Positions 1 to 12,904 of a DNA stretch of 64,000 nt are shown piece by piece (position 1 is the stretch's first letter; every line of letters starts with the position of its first letter). Source of the DNA: Eledone cirrhosa (Eukaryota); contig OZ024743.1 in assembly GCA_964016885.1 (NCBI GenBank), forward strand, positions 70,432,001-70,496,000, read 5' to 3'. The notes under the pieces were generated by a model. It searched no databases. It was not told the DNA's origin and saw nothing but the letters and a program-made list of their open reading frames with translations. The position numbers were made by a program, and so were the translations under genes.

Positions 1-907
1 GGCAATGTGATCGCTGGAAACTCCACCTCGGCGTTCTATAGAGGATTAGTGGAGGGGAAGAGCGACGACGTACTTGGGGAATCTCTAGGCCTCGACGAAA
101 ATCAACTAGCCAATCTCTTCGGAAGAACTTTCGGGCCGTGGCCTATGGACAACTTCCAGAAATCCCTGGCCTGGCAGTGCTACCGAGGAGCCTTGCCAGT
201 TCGGAATAAACTCTACAGGCATGGAGGTGCCGTCAGCCGGGCATGTCCGAGATGCGCGCAGGGCGACGAAACCGTCCTGCACGCACTCGTCAAGTGTCCG
301 AGAATTGCTGACTTGTGGGTTTATGTCGAACACCTGCTGTCGCGTGTAGGACGAATCCGGTTATCAGCTGAGTCCATCGTGAGGATTGCCCCGCCCTCTT
401 CCTTTAGCCGGGAAGGGCAGGCAGTTTTTATGTCTGGTGGCCATGGCGAAAGAGATAGTATGGTGGACACGTTTGAAAGGGCTGAAGACGAGCAGTTTCC
501 TCTTCGGTGATGCCCTGATTGACTTTTTCAAATTTCATTTGAAAAGGAAAATCAGGGTAGAGAAGGAAGTGCTCTCTTCCCAACATTTTGTTGAAAGACA
601 GGTGAGAGAAGCAAGAATGGCCCGAGTGAATGGGCCTACTCTGAGTATGTGTCTGTAAATTAAAGGTGGAAAACTGGGAGAGGGCACTTGCCCTGGTTGT
701 CAGGGTCACTGTGGCTTTTTAATGGGCTTTCTCCACGAATGTCCCTCGGAAGTATCCCCCCTATTGGGGAATTTTTTCATTGTTCTATTATTACATCCTC
801 TGTCTCTTGTTTTTTACACGCAGAAATGCCCATTTGTACCGCCCTGTATTGTCCTGTACTGTCCTTAAGGTCTACTTTATGTAGACCCTTGTCGTTAATA
901 AAGAAAG

Positions 908-948
<41 letters not shown>
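1..948 (+). mobile_element. Tx1/L1-clade LINE 3' fragment (C-terminal zf-RVT-like region, frameshifted) with 3' UTR and (TTA)n tail
   Basis: ORF 7-510 has CPRC..ETVLHALVKC and continues in ORF 386-658 (KEIVWWTR); ends TAATAAAGAAAGCA(TTA)n at about 910-948; homologous copies at 26 kb and 45-48 kb. Confidence 0.85.
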
Positions 949-949
<1 letters not shown>

Positions 950-1298
950 GTAGAGAGGGAAGTGCTCTCTTCCCAGCATTTTCTTGAAAGATGGGTGAGA
1001 TAAGCAAGAATGGCCCGAGTGAATGGACCTATTCTGAGTATATGCCTGTAAATTGAAAGTGGAAAACTGTGCGAGCGCATTTTCCCTGGTGGTCAGGGTC
1101 ACCATGGCTTTTTTCTTATGGGCTTTCTCCACGATGGCCCTCCCAGGTCTCCCCCCCCCCTATTGGGGAATTTTTCATTATTTATTTTGTTACATCCTCT
1201 GTTTTTTGTTTTTTTTACACGCAGAAATACCCATTTGTACCTTCCTGTACTCTCCTTAATCTCTACTTTGTGTAAACCCTTGTGGTTAATAAAGAAAG

Positions 1299-1344
<46 letters not shown>
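949..1344 (+). mobile_element. second, more 5'-truncated copy of the same LINE 3' end with its own (TTA)n tail
   Basis: 949-1300 aligns with 558-910; it starts directly after the first copy's tail. Confidence 0.85.
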
Positions 1345-1345
<1 letters not shown>

Positions 1346-1761
1346 CTCAGAGGGTCGTGCGGTTAGTGTCCTCAAACAATCCTTCTAGCGGGTCCTGTCA
1401 GAAGCAACAATCTCCAAATGACCCGGCTGGATCCCCAATCATGACCAGCCAAGTGCTCTACCCTAGGGTCTCCAGTCAGATGTTGTTGTTTTGCCGTAAA
1501 ATCTACCAAGCAATTCATTCCTGAGACATTCTAAGCACATGCCCATAGTATCGTAGGTGTGATCTCTCTATTGGGAGAAGGAGTGGCTCTACCTGGACGA
1601 CCATAGACCTAAGGCCCTAAAAACATTACCTGGATGAATCTACCACCACAACGTTGCATTGAGTTCTATCAACATTATCTGCCCCACCAGCACTAACATA
1701 GCGTAATCCATAATAAAGGCTTATATGGATACATATATGTGTACGATATGTTGATGTATAA

Positions 1762-1977
1762 TGGTTTCTTATATAGGCACAAGTCCAGCAACTTTGGGGG
1801 AGGGGGAAGTCGATTAAGTCAACCCCAGTGCGTGACTGGTACTTTATTTTATCGCCCCCGTAAGGATGAATGGCAAAGTTAACCTCGGCGAGATTTGAAC
1901 TCAGAACATAAAGGGTCGTAACTATTGCTGCAAAGCATTGCGTCCGACCCTCTACAGATACTGCCAATCCACCGCCC
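1762..1977 (-). mobile_element. tRNA-derived SINE, family A
   Basis: Reverse complement of the recurrent GGTGGATTGGCAGTATC..GAGTTCAAATC(B box)..TAAAATAAAGTACCAG..TGTGCC consensus seen more than 20 times in the window. Confidence 0.85.
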
Positions 1978-2223
1978 TGATATGTTTATGTATAATAAAC
2001 ATAAGAGACTCACAATGCATGTTTTAAGCCGGTATCATGTCACAGCTATATCAGTGACCGTGTACGAACTGAAGACACTAGTATTTCCTAATTTTATGAC
2101 ACGGTGGCATACGCACATACGCATAGACACACAGAGACGCAGACAGACTCACACAAGCACTGACACACACGAACGCAAACACACACACTCACGTACGCAA
2201 AGACACACCCAAACCGTCACACA

Positions 2224-2300
<77 letters not shown>

Positions 2301-2308
<8 letters not shown>

Positions 2309-2465
2309 TCAATGGAAAATATCTTTATAAAACCATATTTTATGAAAGATATTTTCCATTTATTAATATTATTTATATTAATGATACTCCGGATAAATAC
2401 TGTTGAGTGCTTCTATTCTATAAAGTTAACTTTATTGGAAAATCAACACACCGAATAACTCATTG

Positions 2466-2470
<5 letters not shown>
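2301..2470 (+). mobile_element. fold-back PLE-type short element in (TA)n
   Basis: Inverted repeat AATATTAATCAATGGAAAATATCTTTATAAAA / TTTTATGAAAGATATTTTCCATTTATTAATATT; downstream TTGAGTGCT box. Confidence 0.5.
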
Positions 2471-2515
<45 letters not shown>

Positions 2516-2700
2516 ATACTTGGGAGACGGTCATATTGTTGTAATAATATTGCCAGAAATTATAACAGAACACACTCACTGTTTGGTTGGCTTTCCCTTC
2601 TGTATCTTTTATATCTCCATAGTTAATTCATTCGGCAATCAATGTTTATCATTGATTGACCAACGGTAAAAAATATGGATATAAATACATATATCTAGTC

Positions 2701-2745
2701 TAACAAAGTTCTTTCGTTGCATATCTGCAACATCATCAGTGGTAC
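2701..2745 (-). ncRNA. minimal type I hammerhead ribozyme (partly decayed)
   Basis: Minus strand CTGATGA-T-GTTGCA-gata-TGCAAC-GAAA-GAAC-TT; same variant as 59663-59707. Confidence 0.65.
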
Positions 2746-2770
2746 TGTTATGTTTCCTCCTGCTGTACTG

Positions 2771-2898
<128 letters not shown>

Positions 2899-3041
2899 TA
2901 ATTTCCCCCAATGAGATTTCCCCCTAAGAAAATTTATTCTTAAGGCTTGCTAGATTTGGTTTTGTATATGGTTGATTATGCTAATTAGAAGAAGAAATAG
3001 TATATATTTTAATATCTGATTGATTCTATAGACATTATTTA

Positions 3042-3169
<128 letters not shown>

Positions 3170-3224
3170 TATATATATAAATTAACAGGAGGCTGGACTG
3201 GTGTAATTCCTTGAAAGGTTTATT

Positions 3225-3282
3225 ATACTGTGATAATTTCAATGACCGGGTTCAGTATGAATCCGGTGACATCATCAGGTAT
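3225..3282 (-). ncRNA. type I hammerhead-like motif (decayed stem III)
   Basis: Minus strand ATAC-CTGATGA-[ACCGGATTCA/TGAACCCGGT stem II]-GAAA-TTATC..GTAT. Confidence 0.5.
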
Positions 3283-3546
3283 TTGAAATATAACAAAGGA
3301 ATACAGTAGACAAAATCCATGGGGCTGAAAAATCAGAGACATGAGGGCGACGGAATATTCAGCATCTTCTATCCTGGTCGGCCGCTCTCAAGTCAATAGT
3401 CAAAATTCTAACTAGGAAACCGAATGATACTCGGCTTCAGAGTAAATAAAGTAAATAAAATACAGAGGTGGCAAAACAAAAAATATTTTTTTAAGGAGAA
3501 ACCTTTAAAAAATAATTTTTGAAAATAAAACTTTAAACGCAGAACT

Positions 3547-3618
3547 CCAGGGTCGTCGGCCGTTAAGATGGATTTGGCAGTTTCAACCACTACCAACGGT
3601 ACTGCTGGTCCAACCGGG
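3547..3618 (-). ncRNA. non-circularly permuted hammerhead-like motif, family 2 (core CCGACGA)
   Basis: Minus strand TGGA-cca-GCAG-TA-CCGTTG..GAAA-CTGC..TCCA..TAACGG-CCGACGA-CCCTGG. Confidence 0.6.
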
Positions 3619-3775
3619 ATCACAGCGTCTCAAACATGCCAAAACACTGTCCATGGAAAATGAGACTAGACAAATCAACAATTTGTTTTCGTGCAATAAA
3701 TTATAACACACACACATACACACACACACACATATATATATATAATGTATTTCCGTCGGAAAGGTACTTGTTTTA

Positions 3776-3836
3776 TTCATTCTGACGACTTAAGACAGAC
3801 ATAACCACTGCCTTCAAAAAACCACTGGTTAATGAA
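3776..3836 (+). ncRNA. decayed type I hammerhead
   Basis: TTCATT-CTGACGA-stem II-AAAA(for GAAA)-CCACTGG-TT-AATGAA; same family as 8724. Confidence 0.55.
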
Positions 3837-3862
3837 ATAATTATCTTATGTTGTTTATTACA

Positions 3863-3913
<51 letters not shown>

Positions 3914-4179
3914 CCAAAGATTAATAAGGTTCATTGATTACTCAATGAATATAGTTTTACAATAGAATTGTAACCATCAAGACCGTTGAGGTATGTCATA
4001 CACCAATTTATGAATTTTATCTGACGAGGGCGTACTGAAAAATTAGCACAGTACCTTCGAAATATATATAATAAAACATATATTTTGATTATGTGAATGT
4101 CTTCAGTTATTAATATTCTGAATAATATATATATATATATATATATTATTATTATGTAATAAACAACATAAGGCAATTA

Positions 4180-4239
4180 TTCCATTTACCAGTGGTTTCT
4201 TAAAAGCAAAAGGTTTTGCTTTCAATCCTCAGAATGAAA
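4180..4239 (-). ncRNA. type I hammerhead ribozyme, intact core
   Basis: Reverse complement of 8724-8783. Confidence 0.85.
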
Positions 4240-4448
4240 AATCCTGGTTTGTTTATTGAATATGGATTCTAAAAACAAAAATGCAATCTATATGAAAGTG
4301 AGGCTGGAAAAGGGAGAAGGAAACGAAAAATAAAATAAAATAAAACTACACATGCAAACACACACAAAAAAACACAAAAGCATACTTACACACACACACA
4401 TATATACACATATAATTTGCACGCATACACATATACACATACACACAC

Positions 4449-4513
<65 letters not shown>

Positions 4514-4572
4514 AGCGTACACCTACACACACATACACATATATACACACATATACACATACATATATTCAT

Positions 4573-4623
<51 letters not shown>

Positions 4624-4657
4624 TACACACACACATATATATACACATGTACATATC

Positions 4658-4705
<48 letters not shown>

Positions 4706-5321
4706 CATACATATACACACATATACACATATACATACACACCCACACACCCACACACACACACACACACACATGTGTGTGTACAAGCCTACACATACAC
4801 ACACACATATATATACACACACATATACATAGATTCACACAAACATACAACGTACATACATACACATACATGAATGCACTCCACTACATATTAACACACG
4901 CAAATAAATATAAGAAAAAAATATATAAATAATATTAACAAATATTTGACAGCGATACATGCCCCAGCTAACAGGACAGACACGCGTGGTAAGTAATACA
5001 CACATAAGCACATATACATACGTTCGAAATAGTAAACACACTCTCACACATAAATATACATATACAAATACATAAACACGTACATACACATACATACGCA
5101 AACACGTACACGCATACAATATAAACACACACATGTATATGTAATTATATACACACACACACACATATACATATATATATATATACATACAAAAATATAA
5201 AAATATAAACGCACACACACATATAAATACGTAAACACACATATACATACATAGCTAAACAATTATACACATGCAAATACGTATATATCAAAAGAACGCA
5301 CAACCAAATACAAACACACAC

Positions 5322-5352
<31 letters not shown>

Positions 5353-5636
5353 AACCCACACATACATAAAAATAAATAAAAACACACGCAACATATACAT
5401 ACATACACATACATATACATATATACATATATACATATACATATATATACACATATATATACACATAAATATATATATACATATACACACATACACGTAC
5501 ACATACACACATGCATACACATACACACACACATATACATGTGTGTATGTGTAAAGCTCAGTATTAGATAAGACAAATGAACCTTACATAAACGTATATA
5601 TAGTAGTAAAGTAATAAAGCCATACAAGGCAATTAA

Positions 5637-5694
5637 TCCATTCACCAGAGGTTTCTTAAAAGCAAAAAAAGTTTCCTTCAATCTTCAGAATGAA
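5637..5694 (-). ncRNA. type I hammerhead (cleavage triplet reads GTG)
   Basis: Minus strand TTCATT-CTGAAGA-TTGAAGG..CTTTTAA-GAAA-CCTCTGG-TG-AATGGA. Confidence 0.7.
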
Positions 5695-5996
5695 AAAAAG
5701 CCCTGGTTTATCCACATATACATACATATACACACACAAATATACAAATATATACACACATACAGACACGCACACACACACATATATATATATATATATA
5801 CACATATATATACATATATATACACAGACATATATACATACACATATATACACATACATATATATACATACATACATACACATATATATACATATACAAA
5901 CATATACGTACACATATACATATATACACACAAAAATACATACACATACACATAGGTATATGAAGGGCAAAACAAAAAGAATATATGGGGGGGGGG

Positions 5997-6690
5997 CTAA
6001 GAGGAGGTAAAAATATAAATCCTATACTTTTCTGTGGTACACAAAGAACAATTCTTTGTGCCCCTTTGGTACTCCCTCGAATGGTCTAATATAGACCAAT
6101 CAATAGAGTACGGGATATTACTATCCTTGAGATCCCATACCTTACTTGCGAGGGCCGTTGATGTTCGTTTATCTGAGTGTTTAAAAGAAGCGACATGTGA
6201 GTAAAATCTGGTTTTAAACCTGTCCTGGGTCATACCGACATATCGCTCGCTTCTGGCTGGCTGGTTGTTTATAACTGGCGTTATTTTAGCCTCATAAACG
6301 ACAGATTTTGTGTTACATTTACCCTGCAATGGGCATTCATCCGGCTTCCTGCAACTGCATCCTGGATTTATCCTCGTACGGTTTGAACTGGTGATTTTGG
6401 ATTTCATGGATGGACAACAAGAGTAGCTGATCTTAACTACATTCCTATTAAAAATCTTATAATATCTATGAATAGGAGGAAAATGTTTGTCTAATAGTTC
6501 AAGGAATTTCCTTCCTACATTTGTTTTGACATTTAGAGAGAAGGGGTGTGTGAACCAAATAATCTTCCTTTTCCTGTTATTATGGTTAGTTTTAGGGGGG
6601 GGGGAGTAGGTAAATAAGAAATATTTTTCTGTAAAACCGCTGTTCTTAAGGGCTTTATTATAATAAGGGGCGGCTTTATTAAAAATGTCT
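5997..6690 (-). mobile_element. Penelope-like element 3' fragment (linker + GIY-YIG endonuclease)
   Basis: RKRKIIWFTHPFSLNVKTNVGRKFL..SYSC, CSCRKPDECPLQGKC, VVYEA..YVGMT..FKTRFYSH, CSLCTTEK. Confidence 0.9.
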
Positions 6691-7180
6691 GGTGAATGGA
6701 TTAATTGCCTTGTATGGCTTTATTACTTTACTACTATATATACGTTTATGTAAGGTTCATTTGTCTTATCTAATACTGAGCTTTACACATACACACATGT
6801 ATATGTGTGTGTGTATGTGTATGCATGTGTGTATGTGTACGTGTATGTGTGTATATGTATATATATATTTATGTATATATATGTGTATATATATGTGTAT
6901 ATATATGTATATGTATATATGTATATATGTATATGTATGTGTATGTATGTATATGTTGCGTGTGTTTTTATTTATTTTTATGTATGTGTGGGTTTGTGTG
7001 TGGGTGTGTGTGTGTGTATATATGTGTGTGTGTTTGTATTTGGTTGTGCGTTCTTTTGATATATACGTATTTGCATGTGTATAATTGTTTAGCTATGTAT
7101 GTATATGTGTGTTTACGTATTTATATGTGTGTGTGCGTTTATATTTTTATAGTTTTGAATGTATATATATATATATACAT

Positions 7181-7844
<664 letters not shown>

Positions 7845-8297
7845 GTGTGTGTGTGTGTATATAATTACATATACATGTGTGTGTTTATATTGTATGCGTG
7901 TACGTGTTTGCGTATGTATGTGTATGTACGTGTTTATGTATTTGTATATGTATATTTATGTGTGAGAGTGTGTGTATGTGTTTACTATTTCGAACGTATG
8001 TATATGTGCTTATGTGTGTATTACTTACCACGCGTGTCTGTCCTGTTAGCTGGGGCATGTATCGCTGTCAAATATTTGTTAATATTATTTATATATTTTT
8101 TTCTTATATTTATTTGCGTGTGTTAATATGTAGTGGAGTGCATTCATGTATGTGTATGTATGTACGTTGTATGTTTGTGTGAATGTATGTATATGTGTGT
8201 GTATATATATGTGTGTGTGTATGTGTAGGCTTGTACACACACATGTGTGTGTGTGTGTGTGTGTGTATGTATATGTGTATATGTGTGTATATGTATG

Positions 8298-8339
<42 letters not shown>

Positions 8340-8373
8340 GATATGTACATGTGTATATATATGTGTGTGTGTA

Positions 8374-8421
<48 letters not shown>

Positions 8422-8723
8422 AATATATGAATATATGTATGTGTATATGTGTGTATATATGTGTATGTGTGTGTAGGTGTACGCTCTTTATATATATATA
8501 TATATATATATAATGTGTGTGTATGTGTATATGTGTATGCGTGCAAATTATATGTGTATATATGTGTGTGTGTATAAGTATGCTTTTGTGTTTTTTTGTG
8601 TGTGTTTGCATGTGTAGTTTTATTTTATTTTATTTTTCCTTTCCTTCTCCCTTTTCCAGCCTCACTTTCATATAGATTGCATTTTTGTTTTTAGAATCCA
8701 TATTCAATAAACAAACCAGGATT

Positions 8724-8783
8724 TTTCATTCTGAGGATTGAAAGCAAAACCTTTTGCTTTTAAGAAACCACTGGTAAATGGAA
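8724..8783 (+). ncRNA. type I hammerhead ribozyme, intact core
   Basis: Stem I TTCATT/AATGGA; CTGAGGA 8731-8737; stem II TTGAAAGCAAAA/TTTTGCTTTTAA; GAAA 8764-8767; stem III CC-ACT-GG; GTA triplet 8774-8776. Confidence 0.88.
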
Positions 8784-8885
8784 TAATTGCCTTATGTTGT
8801 TTATTACATAATAATAATAATTAAGCTCTGTTGCTTACATAGAGCACTCTTTTTTCCTGGACTTTTCCGATGGAATTACTTCATT

Positions 8886-8962
<77 letters not shown>

Positions 8963-9730
8963 GAATGATCGAGAATCGGAATATCGGCCCACGAAATCAC
9001 GATAAACAATATCCGACATGTGTGGCAGAGGGCTCAATAGTTTGGATAAACCAGAGTTATAAGTATCGTTAAAATACCAACACACAGAGATCATGCCTAA
9101 AATCACCCGTGCAGCCGAAAAAGAACGACCAGGAAGATTCGGGTCACTCAAATAAAATATCAATAAATTAATAAATTAAATGAATGTAAAAAACTCACCC
9201 GGACCCGCTAGAAAGATGTTAAAATCTAGCTTTATGGGTTTCTGCAATTCCTTAATCAAATCACTATCAGCCCACATAAAAATATGTATGACTTCTAGTG
9301 AGGAGACGAACGAGGAAGAGCTTCTTCAACGAGTTTCCGTTAAAAAATATAGAGAGACCCACAGCCAAAAACGCACATGGTATTCAGCAAGGGAGGGAAC
9401 CCCTATATTAGCGAAAGAATTCGGTGATGTGTAATTTATGTAAAAATACAAAGTATCACATATCGAATCAGTCAAACAAACATAGCGTTCAGAATATAAA
9501 TTGACACAACAAAATCGAGCAGAAATTTGAACCAAAGGTTAATGCTATTACAATTAATGCAATTATAATTTAAATTATTCACAATTTAAAATAAAATACA
9601 TATGTAATTTCTTAACGAAGTTCCACGTTGATACAGACATGTATGTGTGGTAAAGGAGTTCACTTTTCACTCTCATAGATGTAGGTTCAATCCCACAGCA
9701 TAGAATCTGAGCCATGTGTTTACTATTGAA

Positions 9731-10450
9731 ATTAAGACACTCCACTTCGCTCGCGGACTACATCACATCATTAAAAGACTTAAACATCAGCTTCTCCACG
9801 CACTGGGATAATTGTCGGCAGGGCTGCACCGTACAACTTCAAGAGGAAGTGCGATCTCTGCCTCATGGAGCTATATCACATCATAACAGCACCCCACGAG
9901 CTCATCAACAGCAGAGCTGAAACGACGATCAGCTGTACACATCGCTTAAAAATATCCTTCTTCAGATGGGAGAAGGATGAGGAGTGAAACCGTATACCGG
10001 GTCTCCCTGCAACAAGCTTTAACACCTCGGCGGGCAGGCGCTGTAAAAAACATCCGGAAACTAACCATCCATCCCAGACCCAGCTTCAAATGACCCAGGC
10101 GGGCAGGTGCAGAAAAACAAACGTCTCGAAACAAACGTTGCTTACCTAACCCTGTGCGTATCGACAATGGTAACGTTGTAGCCACATCTTGTAACGGATA
10201 AAAAATTTGTCCGGGAAAGACTGCTCTAACACCGGCCAGAGTTAACTCCCTTGACCTACTGCAAAATCAAAACACGCTCTTTTTGCGAAGAATGAACTCT
10301 GACGTGAACTTACCTCCAAAGACATTTTCCGGGCCATGAAAGGAACACTTTTAGTTATTTATGACCTTGAGAAGCCCATCCGGGCGAAACGTACATAGGT
10401 GCTGTTTAAAAATAAACATGTATTAACGGTCTATTCTCCTATTTCTTAAT
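9731..10450 (+). mobile_element. decayed PLE 3' end (GIY-YIG C-terminus) with pLTR and decayed hammerhead at 10364-10400
   Basis: HSTSLADYITSLKDLNISFSTHW then frameshifted KCDLCLME; GCCC-atcc-GGGC-GAAA-CGTAC-ATA-GGT. Confidence 0.7.
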
Positions 10451-10472
10451 TTTCCACGTATATATATATATA

Positions 10473-10765
10473 TGAAAAACTCAGAGCTGTATGGGAGCAT
10501 CCCAAAAGTCAGCTCAAAAGTGACACAGAGGAGACTGAGGTTAGCTGGACATGCTCACCGACATCCAGAGTTGACATTGCACTCAGTGCTCCTTTGGGAG
10601 CCCCTACATGGACACACTAGAAGAGGAAGACCAAGGTTAACGTATGTTGATGCCCTAAGGACAGACACTGGTCTGTTGGAGACGCAGGACATGGCAGCGA
10701 TAATGAGGGACAGAGACCGCTGGAGAGATCTCGTCCATGGATCTCGGGAATTTTACCCGCCTTAG
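10473..10765 (+). mobile_element. RTE-clade LINE 3' fragment ending in (TA)n
   Basis: RRLRLAGHAHRH..LLWEP..RGRPRLTYVD..MRDRDRWR, typical RTE C-terminus. Confidence 0.85.
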
Positions 10766-10860
10766 ATATATATATATATATATTATAAAGGCTAACGTTT
10801 TATATATATATAAACTTAGGAAAAGGAACAAAGATAGGACAACGAACGAAAACAAAACTA

Positions 10861-10932
10861 CAAGGTCTTCAGCCGTGGATATGGACTTCAGGCAGTTTCA
10901 ACTCCCATCAAGGTTACTGCTGGTCCACCTGG
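10861..10932 (-). ncRNA. non-circularly permuted hammerhead-like motif, family 2 (core CTGAAGA)
   Basis: Minus strand CCAGG-TGGAC-ca-GCAG-TA-aCCTTG..GAAA-CTGC..GTCCA..CACGG-CTGAAGA-CCTTG. Confidence 0.65.
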
Positions 10933-11130
10933 GCTCACAGTGTCTGACACAAGCTAAAGCGCTGTCCGTAGAGTAAAAGACCAGACAAAACAATAATTTG
11001 CAGCATATATATATATGTGTGTGCGTGCGTGTGTGAATCTCAGGTTCAATCGGTGTAACCATAGTAAGTAAGTTACTCTTTCGAATGAAACAGCTCTAGT
11101 CCTGTAGAAGCGATTTATATATTAAACATG

Positions 11131-11168
<38 letters not shown>

Positions 11169-11370
11169 CATCATTTTCATTTCATTTTTACGTCCGCTTT
11201 TTCCCTGCTTGCAAGGGTGGGACGGGAACTGATTCTGGCTTGATTTCTACAGCTGGATGCCCTTCCTAACACCAACCTCATTTACAGTGAGTGCTGGGTG
11301 CTTTTTTGCCGTGGCACCTCCACGACCACTTTGCAGTGGAATGATATGGACCCCAGTCCCTATCATCTCA

Positions 11371-11510
11371 TTTCTACAGCTGAGTAAACTGGAGCAATGT
11401 GAAATAAAGTGTCTTGCTCAAGGAAACAACACATCACCCGCTCTGAGAATTGAACTCACAACCTTTCGATTGCAAGGCCAATGCTCTAACCACTAAGCCA
11501 TGTGCCTCCA
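11371..11510 (-). mobile_element. tRNA-derived SINE, family B (CORE-like CCTTGAGCAAG)
   Basis: Minus strand GGCTTAGTGG A box, GAGTTCAATTC B box, CCTTGAGCAAGACACTT; further copies at 48.5-50 kb and 55.5 kb. Confidence 0.8.
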
Positions 11511-11714
11511 TATATATATATATGAATATGAATATGAAGTAATTATGGTCTGATGTATGGTCTTTAAGTGTAATATATTATTACGTTTAGCTAGACTTTC
11601 AGTTCAGTTATCTACTTTTTATTTGCTAGCTAAAACATTAGCTTCATTATTTCTAATATTATAGGTATTAATATTAGCTTTTTGATATTTAGTATTCACA
11701 TCCATATTAAAATT

Positions 11715-11787
11715 TTCCTTTCTGATGAACGATTTCAGACGTCTCTGTTGAGCTCGCCTGTCTTTGTGAAACCTTTGGTAAATGGAA
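11715..11787 (+). ncRNA. type I hammerhead ribozyme
   Basis: CTGATGA 11722-11728; GAAA 11768-11771; CC-TTT-GG-TA then AATGGAA pairing imperfectly with TTCCTTT. Confidence 0.7.
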
Positions 11788-12265
11788 TAATTTTCTTGTG
11801 TTGTTTATTACATAAATAAATAAAATATATATATATTGTGTGTATGTGTGTGTGTGTGTGGTGTCTGCTTGTATATACGTTGGCTGTCAATTTATGTCTT
11901 ATTCGACAGTAAAAGCGATCTATACTGTACTGGTGTCGATATATCATGTCAAGCAATGCCGTTGCATGGCCGCAGGCTAATGACTGAAAGCAGCAAAATA
12001 ATAAAGTAATAGTAATTTCAATTTTAGCAATAGAATATTTTTCAAAATTGTCTTCTTCAAAACAATTAGTTGAGTGCTATTATACAAATTATAAGTATTT
12101 CTGTAAATGTTTATGTAATCATTCTCTCTCTCTCTCAGTCACTTTGTCTCTCTTTCGTTCTCCCTCTCTCTCTCACTTATTTTTTTTATTTAAACACAAT
12201 ATATTGTTGTGATGAGAAAACAGGATAGTGATATTGAATATATATATATATATATGAAAAAGTGA

Positions 12266-12342
12266 GTCCTTCATCAGTGACCCTCCAACCGTCCTCGGCA
12301 TTTCATCGCTTTAAGGGCCATATGCCTCAGGTTGGTGCGAAC
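12266..12342 (-). ncRNA. non-circularly permuted hammerhead-like motif, family 1 (inverted copy)
   Basis: Reverse complement of 12510-12586 within inverted repeat 12251-12362 / 12490-12601. Confidence 0.75.
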
Positions 12343-12509
12343 AACGGCTAAAAAAAGTCGTTCGTCTCTTGTTCACGATTTCACAGAGTTTATATTCATA
12401 GAGATCTGGGACTTGTCTATTTCTACTCACTTTCCGTTGCTTAAACTTTTTTGTTGTTACTCTAGCGTCCCCCTTTGTTTACGTGTCCCAACGACTTTTT
12501 TTAGCCGTT

Positions 12510-12586
12510 GTTCGCACCAACCTGAGGCATATGGCCCTTAAAGCGATGAAATGCCGAGGACGGTTGGAGGGTCACTGATGAAGGAC
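12510..12586 (+). ncRNA. non-circularly permuted hammerhead-like motif, family 1
   Basis: GTTCG-ca-CCAACC-tga-GGCA-TA-TGGCCCT..GAAA-TGCC..GGTTGG-AGGGTCA-CTGATGA-AGGAC. Confidence 0.75.
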
Positions 12587-12641
12587 TCACTTTTTCATAT
12601 GTATCCCATTTGCAACGCCGCAGCTCCATTATTATCATATT

Positions 12642-12697
<56 letters not shown>

Positions 12698-12904
12698 GTG
12701 TGTGTGTGTGTGTTAGTGTATGTATTTATATAGGTATTTATATAGGTATGTATGTTTATATATATGTGTGTGTGACTGGCTTTGTGTGTGTTTGTATTAT
12801 GTATGTGTATATGAATGTTCTCTCTTTCTCTTAATTTTAAGTATAATTTTGACCATCCATCTTGTTGTAAAGAAAGGAAACTGTCGTTGCCGTCTCCATT
12901 GTAA

